A DNA stretch of 48,601 nt. Source: Methanobacteriota archaeon (lineage in GTDB: Archaea; Thermoplasmatota; Poseidoniia; Poseidoniales; Thalassarchaeaceae). Below the pieces are notes generated by a model, which was given only the letters and a program-made list of their open reading frames with translations, searched no databases and was not told the DNA's origin. A program made the position numbers and the translations under genes. Shown here in pieces: positions 18,912 through 28,272 of the stretch (the first letter of the stretch is position 1; each line of letters opens with the position of its first letter). The stretch spans positions 1 to 48,601 of the forward strand of contig PCAW01000037.1 in NCBI GenBank assembly GCA_002730775.1, given 5' to 3'.

Positions 18912-19559
18912 TCAGAATCCATTTGACCAAATATCAATCCCTTGAAGAATGAACCCGCCTGCAAATATCAACATTGCAACACCGCAAAGAGATAAAGCAA
19001 ATTTATAACTTTTAGCAGAGATATTCCCTCGACTTTTGTCGAATAAATATGCGATAAAGGTCTTTACCAAAATAATTGAAATCAGGAAAGAAATCGCGTA
19101 AGCAATGGGCGCTAGAGGTTCTTTTTCAGCAGCAGATGCCATCAGAGGACCTCCAATTAAAAACCAAAAAACATAGACATTTGGGTTCAATAAATTAGTC
19201 AATAACCCTCTTCGAAACGCTCCTTTAGCATCCGTAATCAATTCATCACCAATTGGGGGTTCTATAGAAAAACAATCTATGCCCATTTTTATTAAAAATA
19301 GCCCCCCTATAATTGAAATAGTAAATAACGCAAAGGGTTGAGTCGCAAACCATGTCGCTGCAAATAAACTAATTATCACTAAAGGGCCATCTGTAAAAAT
19401 TGGTGCAGCAGCTGTCCAAGCACCGGCTCTAAGCCCTCCCGAAAGTGTTTCCTTAATCACCATCGTAAGTAAAGGCCCCGGCTTTATTCCTTCCACAAGT
19501 CCTAATGTAGCCCCTGCCAGAGTCAAACCTAAAATTAGATCTATCTCCATAATTCCCAT
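18912..19559 (-). CDS. LysE-family translocator (second copy)
   Basis: About 215 aa and 6 TM. N-terminal GIKPGPLLTMVI (PGP signature). The start ATG directly follows the upstream stop (TAG-ATG). Confidence 0.65.
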   Translation of the reverse strand: MGIMEIDLILGLTLAGATLGLVEGIKPGPLLTMVIKETLSGGLRAGAWTAAAPIFTDGPLVIISLFAATWFATQPFALFTISIIGGLFLIKMGIDCFSIEPPIGDELITDAKGAFRRGLLTNLLNPNVYVFWFLIGGPLMASAAEKEPLAPIAYAISFLISIILVKTFIAYLFDKSRGNISAKSYKFALSLCGVAMLIFAGGFILQGIDIWSNGF

Positions 19560-20306
19560 CTATCCCTTGGACGGGTAAAGTTTGGCGAGTAGGTTCAATA
19601 TCTCAACATATAGCCAGACCAGTGTTATCATTAATCCGAAAGCTGCTCTCCATTCCAATTGCTTAGGAGCACCTCTTTTCACTCCTTTTTCGATGAAATC
19701 AAAATCTGCAACTAAACAAAGGGCACCTATTCCAATAACAAATAGAGAGAATCCTATTCCTACGGGGCCATTTCCATGAATCAATGGTATTTCAAATCCT
19801 AAAAATATACCAACAAAAGAGACGATATATATGATTGCTATAGCGCCTAATGAAGAATACACTGCTATAGCAAGGTTTCTATCCCATGAGATTAAACGTG
19901 CCCGGTATAGCATCAACATTGAGCCTAAAATTGAGAAAGTTAGTGCTGCTGCAATTATACCCAAACCTGGAAACCCTGCTTCGATTTCTATGAATTTTGT
20001 TAAACCACCCAATGCAAGGCCCTCAAATCCAGCATAGGCGCATATCAAAACCGGGCTTGTAGATTTGGAAAAAATTACGATCATTGCTGTAATGAAACCA
20101 CCTAAAAATCCTATAATCGCAAACTCAGGACGGAAGGCATAAGTTGCTATGGCTAAAGTTGTAGTAATTATCAGAAGTATTCCGGTTTTCTCTGCAGTCC
20201 CCTCCATAGTCATCAAATTAGAACTTTCATCCCACCAAGATGCTTCTTTGTAGTTCGACTTGTCGAAAGTTGAGTCTGAAAGTGTGGGGTTCCTTGAACG
20301 GTACAT
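19560..20306 (-). CDS. Bax inhibitor-1/YccA-like membrane protein (COG4760 type)
   Basis: N-terminus MYRSRNPTLS resembles the M-x-SSNP start of this family, followed by about 6-7 TM helices. GAGGAG SD 5-6 nt upstream. Confidence 0.55.
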   Translation of the reverse strand: MYRSRNPTLSDSTFDKSNYKEASWWDESSNLMTMEGTAEKTGILLIITTTLAIATYAFRPEFAIIGFLGGFITAMIVIFSKSTSPVLICAYAGFEGLALGGLTKFIEIEAGFPGLGIIAAALTFSILGSMLMLYRARLISWDRNLAIAVYSSLGAIAIIYIVSFVGIFLGFEIPLIHGNGPVGIGFSLFVIGIGALCLVADFDFIEKGVKRGAPKQLEWRAAFGLMITLVWLYVEILNLLAKLYPSKG

Positions 20307-20354
20307 TGTAACTCCTCAAAGGGTAAACATACTCAAATCTTGGCATTGCAATTA

Positions 20355-23330
20355 CTAGTTTAGAAGTTCTTTCAAGTGTAATCCAGTATAGCTGCCCTTA
20401 ACTTTAGCAATCTTTTCTGGTGGACCTTCTGCCACTATAAGTCCGCCCAATTCTCCCCCTTCTGGCCCGAGATCAATTACCCAATCTGCACATTTAACCA
20501 CATCTAAATGGTGTTCGATTACAATTACGGTATGTCCGTTTCTTCTAAGACGTAACATTACCTCTGTTAATTGATGTACATCAAACATAGAAAGTCCTGT
20601 TGTAGGCTCATCAAGTATGTAAACTGTGTGACTTCGGGTCGGTCTGTGTAATTCCGATGCTAATTTTACTCGTTGCGCTTCTCCACCCGATAGAGTGGTT
20701 GCTGGTTGACCAAGTCGTATGTAACCCAGTCCTACATCTTTCAGAGTTGTAAGAATACGACTTAATGATTTTTGATTTTGAAAAAATACAACAGCCTCAT
20801 CAACAGACATATCTAGAACTTCTTGGATATTTTTTCCTTTCCATTCAACTTCCAGAGTTTCTCTAGTGTATCTTTTTCCTTTGCAAACATCGCATGTGAC
20901 CCATACGTCAGGTAAAAAATTCATCTCTAGTTTTATAGATCCTGCGCCTTTGCAAGATTCACATCTTCCACCTTTAACATTGAAAGAAAATTGTCCTGGT
21001 TGGTATCCTCGTTCTTTAGAAATTACAGTTGCTGCAAATAGATTTCTGATGTGTCCAAATGCCCCGGTATATGTCGCCGCGTTTGAACGAGGTGTTCTAC
21101 CTATAGGAGATTGATCTATGACTATGGTTTTGTCTACAGCTTCGAATCCTTCCATCTTATCGTGTCGTCCGGGAGAAGTGTCGCTACCATGTATTTCACG
21201 TAATAATGCAGGGGCTAATGTTGAGGCTACTAAGGATGACTTTCCTGAGCCTGAAACACCAGTAATAGCAACTACACAACCTAAAGGAATTGATACATTT
21301 ATATTTTGGAGATTATTTTCTCTCGCCCCTATGATGTGGATCCATTTTCCATCTTCTGGTGTTTTCCTATCTGCAGGTATGGAGATGTTTTCTTTACCAG
21401 AAAGATATGCTCCAGTAATACTTTCATCATTGGAAAGTAATTCATCTAATTCACCACTCACCAGCACCTTTCCTCCTTCTTTACCTGCACCAGGGCCTAT
21501 GTCAACAAGCCAGTCAGCCTGTCTTAGGGTTGCTTCATCATGTTCAACGACAAGCAAGGTGTTCCCTAGTTCAGTTAGTTCTCTTAAGGTTTCCAAAAGG
21601 CGGTCGTTGTCTCTAGGGTGTAAGCCAATACTTGGTTCGTCGAGAACATACATCACCCCTGTCAATCTTGTACCAATTTGAGTTGCTAATCTAATCCTTT
21701 GAGATTCTCCTCCAGAAAGCGTGCTTGCTCGTCTATCTAACGTAAGATAATCCAATCCAACTAGTGCAAGGAATCTTAATCTCGCTTCAATTTCTTTGAT
21801 TATTTCGGTACCGATAAAAATTGACCTCTCAGACAATTGTAAGGTTTTGGAAATAATCTCTGTGTTTGGTTTATCTCTACCTAATTTATCCCATGTTTGA
21901 TCGAGTTCTCCTGCCCTCCAATATTGTACAACTGCTAACGCTTCCAAGACACTACAAGAGGAAATGGCGGGCAGAGATATCCCCCCTACTATCACTTTAC
22001 TAACAGCATCATTCAATTTTTGGCCTTTACAATCTGGGCATGGTTCATCGTTCATATATGAGGCCATCCTAGACCTTGTTCTGTCCGAAGAGGTTTCGTT
22101 GTAAGTTCTACGGATTCTACTAAATACACCCTCCCAAGGTCTTAACATCTGGTATGAAGAGCCTTTCTCAGAAGTAAATTCAAAGGAAATTGCTGTGCCT
22201 CCAGAGCCGTGAAGAAGAATATCTTGCTCGTCATCATTAAGACTTCCAAATTCTAGATTCGGAGGGATTCCATAGTGCTCACAAACCTGCCTCATTTGAC
22301 TCTTGTACCAACCAGACATCATGGAAGATCTAAATGGCCTAATACAGCCATCTTCAACAGATGCAGTTCTATCAATTACTAGGTCTGGAGAAAATTCTCT
22401 TTTTACACCTAGTCCTTGACAATTAGGGCAGGCCCCCAGTGGATTGTTGAAAGAAAATACTCTAGGCGACATTTCTGGTAAGAATGCTCCATGCTCAGGG
22501 CATGCAAACTCTTCAGAATAAGGAATTATCTGTCCTTTTTCTGTTTTTTCTGCCTCTTCGTTACGAATATTCGATTTATTTTTCTTGAGGCTTTCGATAG
22601 CTATGGTCCCTCCACCAAGACGGAGTCCTGCCTCAATTGCTTCGGTTAATCTCTGCCTGTTTGCTCTGTTCAATTTCAATCTATCGATTCTGACATCGAT
22701 ATCGTGTCTGAGATTCTTTTCTAAATCAGGAGGTTGTTCGAAATTTGCCTCTCGACCATTGATTTTCCCTTCCAAATATCCTTGTTCAATCAAGCCTTTG
22801 AATAAATCTACATGAGTCCCTTTTCTATTTCTAATTGTAGGGCTCCAAATAGCTATGGCATGTTCTTCGAAACGCCACATTATATCATCTACAATTTCTT
22901 GAACTGTTCTTCTGGCGACTTCCCGCCCACAATCCGGACAATGGGGGGTCCCTACTCTCGCCCAAAGTAATCGCATGTAGTCCATAATTTCAGTAACAGT
23001 AGCAACCGTTGACCTTGGATTGTGGCTACCCTGTTTCTGATCAATACTTATTGCAGGGGAGAGGCCTTCTATAGAGTCGCAGTCTGGCTTCTTCATTTGG
23101 CCTAAAAATTGGCGTGCATATGAGCTAAGGCTTTCTACATACCTTCTTTGCCCCTCAGCGTATAGAGTATCGAATGCCAAACTTGATTTTCCTGAACCTG
23201 AAACTCCAGAAATAACTACAAATTTACCTCTTGGTATTTCTACATCAATATCTTGAAGATTGTGAGTTCTTGCACCTTTAACCTCTATCCAACCTTGATC
23301 GAAAGATGTTTTTTTCTGTTTACGAGCCAT
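20355..23330 (-). CDS. uvrA: excinuclease ABC subunit A
   Basis: 991 aa. Two Walker A sites (GVSGSGKSSLAFDT, GVSGSGKSSLVAST), two LSGGE signatures, and Zn modules (CPDCGRE, CPNCQG, CESCKGAG...CDVCKG). A G7 run 5 nt upstream of the ATG acts as an SD-like element. Confidence 0.95.
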   Translation of the reverse strand: MARKQKKTSFDQGWIEVKGARTHNLQDIDVEIPRGKFVVISGVSGSGKSSLAFDTLYAEGQRRYVESLSSYARQFLGQMKKPDCDSIEGLSPAISIDQKQGSHNPRSTVATVTEIMDYMRLLWARVGTPHCPDCGREVARRTVQEIVDDIMWRFEEHAIAIWSPTIRNRKGTHVDLFKGLIEQGYLEGKINGREANFEQPPDLEKNLRHDIDVRIDRLKLNRANRQRLTEAIEAGLRLGGGTIAIESLKKNKSNIRNEEAEKTEKGQIIPYSEEFACPEHGAFLPEMSPRVFSFNNPLGACPNCQGLGVKREFSPDLVIDRTASVEDGCIRPFRSSMMSGWYKSQMRQVCEHYGIPPNLEFGSLNDDEQDILLHGSGGTAISFEFTSEKGSSYQMLRPWEGVFSRIRRTYNETSSDRTRSRMASYMNDEPCPDCKGQKLNDAVSKVIVGGISLPAISSCSVLEALAVVQYWRAGELDQTWDKLGRDKPNTEIISKTLQLSERSIFIGTEIIKEIEARLRFLALVGLDYLTLDRRASTLSGGESQRIRLATQIGTRLTGVMYVLDEPSIGLHPRDNDRLLETLRELTELGNTLLVVEHDEATLRQADWLVDIGPGAGKEGGKVLVSGELDELLSNDESITGAYLSGKENISIPADRKTPEDGKWIHIIGARENNLQNINVSIPLGCVVAITGVSGSGKSSLVASTLAPALLREIHGSDTSPGRHDKMEGFEAVDKTIVIDQSPIGRTPRSNAATYTGAFGHIRNLFAATVISKERGYQPGQFSFNVKGGRCESCKGAGSIKLEMNFLPDVWVTCDVCKGKRYTRETLEVEWKGKNIQEVLDMSVDEAVVFFQNQKSLSRILTTLKDVGLGYIRLGQPATTLSGGEAQRVKLASELHRPTRSHTVYILDEPTTGLSMFDVHQLTEVMLRLRRNGHTVIVIEHHLDVVKCADWVIDLGPEGGELGGLIVAEGPPEKIAKVKGSYTGLHLKELLN

Positions 23331-23396
23331 TAGCGCCCCCCCTAACTATACTTGACGGAATGTTGACCGCTATTGAAGAAATGTATTTTTTTTCTA

Positions 23397-24629
23397 TCAA
23401 TTAAACCAAAATGCGTCAATTATATCGCCTATTTCTGCATCTGTATTCGGAGGTAGTAGTGTCACTCCATTATGTGCAACCATACTATGTATGTTCCCAC
23501 TTCCTTGATGAGTATGTATTGATGCTTGTAGACCGTCTTTTTTACTAACTATTCTAATTCGACGTAAACAAAGTTTATTTTCTGCTCCTTTAACACTATT
23601 TTTCATTTTCACCCTAACTTTTCTCCCCAAATTAGGCTGTGCTGTTTCTTCAATTCGGTAAGTAGCAGAGAACCACGGACAAACTAACATCAAGAATACT
23701 AAATGACTGCTGACAGGATTTCCAGGTAAGCCAAATAGTGGCTTATTCCCCCATTTCCCAAAAATTGGAGGACCTCCTGGTCTCATATTTACTTTCCAAA
23801 AATTAATGTCACCCTCTGTTTCCATAATTTTTCTTACTATATCCCAATCCCCCATAGATACTCCGCCAGTTGTTATCAATGCATCACAATTATCTACTGC
23901 ATCATTCATAGTCTCTCGTAATTGTTCTATGGAATCGGTAACTATGCCATAACGGACCGGTTTACCGCCCATTTTTTCGATTAAAGCAGCGATACCGAAA
24001 GAATTAGATTCAAAGATTTGCCAATCTTTGATTTCAGAATTTGGCATTACTAGTTCGTCGCCAGTACTGATTATTCCAATAATAGGTTTTCGAAAAACTG
24101 AAATTTCATCATAACCCATTGTTGCAGCGAGTGAAATTGTGGAAGAGCCCATACAAGTCCCTTCAGGGATAGCTAATTTTCCTTTAGATAAATTCTCTCC
24201 CTTAATACGAATAAAGGATTTTTTAGCTTGACCTGTGATTATTACATTTTCTCCCTCTATTCTACTGTTTTCTACGATTACTATCGCATCTGCTCCTTCG
24301 GGTATCGGGGCACCTGTAGTGATCTTACAAGCCTCTCCTGATTCTATAGCATGGACACTTTCTGATCCTGCTTGAATTGTTCCAACTATCCTTAAAATTG
24401 TAGTATTGCTTGAAGAGCAGTCTTCTTCTTTCACGGCCCAACCATCCATAGCAGAATTGTCAAATCGGGGGTCATTGACTTTAGATATTAGCCCCTTTGC
24501 AAGTATTCTTCCGTTTGCATTGTCGAGATGGATAGTTTCTGAAGATAGATTTAATTTGCAAGCAGATATCAATTCTTTAGCTCTTTCAATGCTCACTCCG
24601 ACCTCCATACAATCAACGAGGGGTTTCAT
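23397..24629 (-). CDS. moeA: molybdopterin molybdenumtransferase MoeA
   Basis: DPRFDNSAMDGWAV, ISTGDELV and TTGGVSMGDWD motifs. 410 aa. Alternative ATG at 24608. Confidence 0.85.
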   Translation of the reverse strand: MKPLVDCMEVGVSIERAKELISACKLNLSSETIHLDNANGRILAKGLISKVNDPRFDNSAMDGWAVKEEDCSSSNTTILRIVGTIQAGSESVHAIESGEACKITTGAPIPEGADAIVIVENSRIEGENVIITGQAKKSFIRIKGENLSKGKLAIPEGTCMGSSTISLAATMGYDEISVFRKPIIGIISTGDELVMPNSEIKDWQIFESNSFGIAALIEKMGGKPVRYGIVTDSIEQLRETMNDAVDNCDALITTGGVSMGDWDIVRKIMETEGDINFWKVNMRPGGPPIFGKWGNKPLFGLPGNPVSSHLVFLMLVCPWFSATYRIEETAQPNLGRKVRVKMKNSVKGAENKLCLRRIRIVSKKDGLQASIHTHQGSGNIHSMVAHNGVTLLPPNTDAEIGDIIDAFWFN

Positions 24630-24694
24630 ACAAATGAATTATGCGTTGATTCTTAGGGAGTGTTATTCAAATATTACTAATATGACGCCTTATT

Positions 24695-25459
24695 ATGTTC
24701 ATAGAAGGAGAGTTTTTGATTCTACTTCTATTGTTTCTGATTGCTTTGCTATATTCTAGTGTTGGACATGGCGGGGCATCAGGGTATCTCGCAGTTTTAT
24801 CTCTAACAATTTATGCAGAATATGATAGTGGGTGGTTAAAACAGCATGCGTGGGCGTTAAATTTAGTAGTTGCCGCAATTGCTTTTTATCATTATAAAAA
24901 TGCAGGTTTTTTCAATCTAAAATTGACTCTTCCATTTGTTCTAGCAAGCATTCCATTTGCTATTATTGGAGGATATATGAAAGTTGATGGGGTTTTCTAC
25001 GATACTCTGCTATCGATTACTTTGGTTTTGGCTGCATATAAATTATTACAAATAAAGGATGTTTATTCGACGACAAAAATTGAGATACCTAGTTTTCGGT
25101 ATGCAATCCCCATTGGAGGGGCGGTCGGTTTAATGAGTGGTGTGATAGGTGTAGGAGGGGGCATCTTCTTATCGCCAATACTTTTACTAAAAAAATGGGC
25201 GGATCCGAAAACTGCTGCAGCAACTGCTGCACTTTTTATCTGGGTTAATTCAATGGCAGGTTTAGTCGGTGCAGGAATTTCGGGACAGTTGGTTATTCAG
25301 ATGGACGTCCTATTTCCTTTCATTATGGCAGTACTATTTGGAGGATATATAGGGGCGAAATATGGTTCAGAAAATGCCCATCAATCTTTGATTAGGAAAT
25401 TATTGATAATTGTATTAATCGTAGCTTCGCTGAAAAAAATATCTAATCTAATAATATGA
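24695..25459 (+). CDS. TauE/SafE-family sulfite/anion exporter
   Basis: Duplicated 4-TM halves with VGHGGASGYLAV and GVGGGIFLSPILL signatures. Confidence 0.75.
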   Translation: MFIEGEFLILLLLFLIALLYSSVGHGGASGYLAVLSLTIYAEYDSGWLKQHAWALNLVVAAIAFYHYKNAGFFNLKLTLPFVLASIPFAIIGGYMKVDGVFYDTLLSITLVLAAYKLLQIKDVYSTTKIEIPSFRYAIPIGGAVGLMSGVIGVGGGIFLSPILLLKKWADPKTAAATAALFIWVNSMAGLVGAGISGQLVIQMDVLFPFIMAVLFGGYIGAKYGSENAHQSLIRKLLIIVLIVASLKKISNLII

Positions 25460-25460
25460 T

Positions 25461-26036
25461 TTATAGCCCTATAAAGTCTGAATGCCCACATTCTGGATGA
25501 GCACAAATAACCTTGTATCTCTCTCTTTTTGGACGAGGGATTCGCATCATTGCGCCACACATCGTACATTGATGGGTGACAATTTCTGGTTCTTCTGGGG
25601 TTGAGTCTTCATAATCTTTGAAATCTTCTGCCATCGAGGTCCAACCAATTTGATCTGAATAAGAATCATCTTCATCAGTAATTTTATTTTGTCTCAAATT
25701 TAACTTGATATTGATTCTGCGCCCCTTCCTTTTCTTCTTTTTCGTTGGTTTTCCTTTAGGCTTAGGTTTACCCTTAGGCTTAGGTTTGCCTTTAGGCTTA
25801 GGTTTACGCTTTGGAGGTGTTTTATCCACCTCTTTTTTCTGTTTGCCGGGTGGTGCTGGAGGTTTTCCAGGTGGCGGCGGTGATTTCCCTGGAGGTGCTG
25901 GAGGCCTGGCAGGAGGTGCTGGAGGTTTTCCAGGTGGCGGCGGTGCTTTCCCTGGAGGCATTGGAGGCTTGGCGGGAGGGGCTTTTCTTGGCTTCTGCGA
26001 AGGCTTTGGGGGTGGTGGTGGAACCTTGTCTGCCAT
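25461..26036 (-). CDS. Pro/Lys tandem-repeat protein with C-terminal Cys4 zinc ribbon (no known family)
   Basis: The ATG at 26036 is preceded by AGAGGA. The product has PPxPPGK repeats, KPKPKG x3, an acidic segment, then CTMC-x17-CAHPEC. The track ORF start at 26135 would overlap apt. Confidence 0.6.
   Translation of the reverse strand: MADKVPPPPPKPSQKPRKAPPAKPPMPPGKAPPPPGKPPAPPARPPAPPGKSPPPPGKPPAPPGKQKKEVDKTPPKRKPKPKGKPKPKGKPKPKGKPTKKKKRKGRRINIKLNLRQNKITDEDDSYSDQIGWTSMAEDFKDYEDSTPEEPEIVTHQCTMCGAMMRIPRPKRERYKVICAHPECGHSDFIGL
25753..25806. repeat. 18-bp tandem repeat x3 (encodes KPKPKG on minus strand)
   Basis: CCTTTAGGCTTAGGTTTA / CCCTTAGGCTTAGGTTTG / CCTTTAGGCTTAGGTTTA, read directly from the sequence. 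Confidence 0.9.
25852..25977. repeat. 63-bp tandem repeat x2 (encodes 21-aa Pro-rich unit)
   Basis: Unit A 25852-25914 and unit B 25915-25977 both start GGTGCTGGAGGTTTTCCAGGTGGCGGCGGTG. About 57/63 identical by hand alignment. Confidence 0.85.
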
Positions 26037-26104
26037 GACTATCCTCTGTTGGCAACCCGGGTGACTCTTTGAAAGAATCGGGAGTATGGTATCTTTTTCC
26101 TTAG

Positions 26105-26656
26105 CTAAGCAGGATATAATAGAAGTGATTCGCAAGGTATTGGAAGTAATTTTTCTCTTGCATCCAGGCCTTCCAGTTCTATCACAAATAAATTACCTAT
26201 TACTTCTCCTCCTTGCTGTTGACATAATTTTACACATGCATCAACAGTGCCTCCTGTTGCAAGTAAATCGTCAATAATTATTATTTTGGCCCCCGGAGAT
26301 ATGACGTCATCGTGCATCTCTAAAATATTGGAGCCGTATTCTAAAGAATATTCGATTTGTATGGTTGAGGAGGGTAATTTTCCTGGTTTTCTGACAGGAA
26401 TGAAACCTGCTCCTAGCTCGGCTGCAAGCATTGGTCCAAAAATAAATCCTCGGGCTTCGGGGCCAACAATATAATCCGGAGTCCAGTTATTATGATTGCA
26501 AATTTGTACAAACATATCTGTGATCTTGTTCAAATACTCGCCCGAATTAAGTAAAGGAGTAATGTCTCTAAACATAATTCCTTCTATAGGAAAATCTGGG
26601 ATTGTTCGGATTTGTTGTTGAAGTTGTTTAATTGTTTCTTTATCGAAAATTGGCAT
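26105..26656 (-). CDS. apt: adenine phosphoribosyltransferase
   Basis: IRTIPDFPIEGIMFRDITPLL and PRPP loop KIIIIDDLLATGGT. ATG at 26656 with AAGGTG SD. Confidence 0.9.
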   Translation of the reverse strand: MPIFDKETIKQLQQQIRTIPDFPIEGIMFRDITPLLNSGEYLNKITDMFVQICNHNNWTPDYIVGPEARGFIFGPMLAAELGAGFIPVRKPGKLPSSTIQIEYSLEYGSNILEMHDDVISPGAKIIIIDDLLATGGTVDACVKLCQQQGGEVIGNLFVIELEGLDAREKLLPIPCESLLLYPA

Positions 26657-26722
26657 TATAACACCTTTGAGAGGAGGCTCCCGGGCCACTAAGGCCCGAG
26701 AGTTCCTTTTACGTTATTCTAC

Positions 26723-28177
26723 TCAATCGTTTAATCCGACTTGCTCGAAGATCCAATCGAATGTTGATGTATCTCCAGGGCCGAGGTAGAACATTATCAT
26801 GAGTATAGCTAGAGTCCCCATGATCTTGTTGATTTCATCAAACTTACCCATTCCTGCTTTGATAGCAACGTATGAAATAACACCCCATGCAATACCGTCT
26901 GCAATCGAGTAAGTGAATGGCATCATGACCATTGTTAGGAATGCGGGCAAAGCTATTTCGCCATTGTTCCAGTCAATATCTGCTGCTTGCCTCATCATCA
27001 TTGCACCAATAATTACCAAAGCACATGCTGCAGCGAATGTCGGAATAGCTTGGAAGATATTCGAGAAGAATAATCCAGAAAGCATCAGTACTCCCACTGT
27101 GACTGCGACTAAGCCTGTCTTACCGCCTTCTTCCACACCAGCCACAGACTCAATGTAAGTTGTTGTTGTACTTGTACCTGTTAGTGCTCCAACAATTGTT
27201 GCTGCTGCATCTGACATAAATGCTTCATCAGAGTTCATTAGTTCGTCATTTTCATCGACATACCCTGCTTGTCGGCCTACTGAATAAAGAGTTCCTGCTG
27301 TATCAAAGATATCGACAAAGAAGAAAGTAATCATGACTAACAAGAAAGCGCCCATTGTAGTACCGCCATCTGTACCAACATCTCCTAGTGCACTTAATGC
27401 TGCACCTAATGTTTCTTCTGGTAATCCTACAAAGCCGAACTCTAATGATGGCCATTGTGCGTTTACACCTGCCCAGCCTGCTCCGCCTGCTGCAAAATCA
27501 TTGTACGGGTCGTATGCTTCTGTTAGCCATCCCCAAATAGATGCTCCAAAAATACCAATTATAATCGCACCTGGTACATTTCTTGCCATCATTACAGCAA
27601 TTGCAATCAATGCGATCATTGATATGAATGCTCCATGATCATAAGTGAACGCTTCTGTAGTTGCTAGATTAACTAATGTTGCTCCATCGTCTTGAATCCA
27701 GCCCATTTCTCTTAGTCCGATTATTGCAAGGAACATTCCAATACCTGCACCGGTAGCAATTTTTAGATCTGTGGGGATTGCATTAATCATTGCAGTTCTC
27801 CAACCAACTTGTGGAAGAGAAATTATCATGAATAGAATTCCTTCTACAAATACTGCTGCCAATGCTACGTCCCATGCGACTCCCATGGCGCCAACTACTG
27901 CGAACGTAAAGTATGCATTGAGACCCATACCCGGTGCCAATGCAAATGGCAAGTTAGCCCAAAGGCCCATCACCATACAACCAATGAAGGCTGCTATTGC
28001 TGTTGCGAATAATGCATCGTCATAGGGTATTCCCGTTTGTCCGAAATTATGCAACATTGCCGGGTTGACTATGAGAATGTAGGCCATTGTCAAGAATGTT
28101 GTTAATCCTGCTCTGAGCTCCCCATTCACGGTACTACCCGCTTCTGTTATTCCAAATTGTTTGTCTAATGCGTCCAT
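26723..28177 (-). CDS. NCS2/AzgA-type purine (adenine/guanine/hypoxanthine) permease
   Basis: N-terminus ELRAGLTTFLTMAYILIVNPAML is typical of the COG2252 AzgA family. About 13 TM. Directly upstream of apt. Confidence 0.8.
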   Translation of the reverse strand: MDALDKQFGITEAGSTVNGELRAGLTTFLTMAYILIVNPAMLHNFGQTGIPYDDALFATAIAAFIGCMVMGLWANLPFALAPGMGLNAYFTFAVVGAMGVAWDVALAAVFVEGILFMIISLPQVGWRTAMINAIPTDLKIATGAGIGMFLAIIGLREMGWIQDDGATLVNLATTEAFTYDHGAFISMIALIAIAVMMARNVPGAIIIGIFGASIWGWLTEAYDPYNDFAAGGAGWAGVNAQWPSLEFGFVGLPEETLGAALSALGDVGTDGGTTMGAFLLVMITFFFVDIFDTAGTLYSVGRQAGYVDENDELMNSDEAFMSDAAATIVGALTGTSTTTTYIESVAGVEEGGKTGLVAVTVGVLMLSGLFFSNIFQAIPTFAAACALVIIGAMMMRQAADIDWNNGEIALPAFLTMVMMPFTYSIADGIAWGVISYVAIKAGMGKFDEINKIMGTLAILMIMFYLGPGDTSTFDWIFEQVGLND

Positions 28178-28272
28178 ATTTTTTTCATCTCCTGTTTTTC
28201 ATTCATCCCAGACTTCTGTCCAGATAGATTACCATTAGACATGAGGTCTATCAATTGTTCGGAGCACTTGAT

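Noticed and set aside
21118-21681. 187-aa plus-strand ORF inside uvrA. Similar long antisense ORFs lie at 12199-12642 (in MMPL), 38072-38527 (in cysNC), 7582-7971 (in the Lrp gene) and 46114-46503.
   Set aside because: Each lies fully antisense to a gene with unmistakable conserved motifs. The translations are Ser/Pro/Leu-rich with no motifs. These are typical shadow ORFs.
25705-26064. Plus-strand 119-aa Gly-rich ORF (GGAGGFPGGGG...), plus the other-frame ORFs at 25811-26038 and 25822-26055.
   Set aside because: These are mirror images of the Pro/Lys repeat region. The minus-strand frame continues into a non-repetitive acidic segment and a Cys4 ribbon, has an SD-preceded ATG, and fits the gene orientation. 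The Gly-rich frame is most likely an antisense artefact of low-complexity DNA.
26657-28272. Purine riboswitch upstream of the permease (28178-28272) or of apt (26657-26722).
   Set aside because: I could not find the conserved purine-riboswitch junction and loop sequences. Riboswitches of this class are bacterial. Only simple hairpins are present; the strong one is reported separately.
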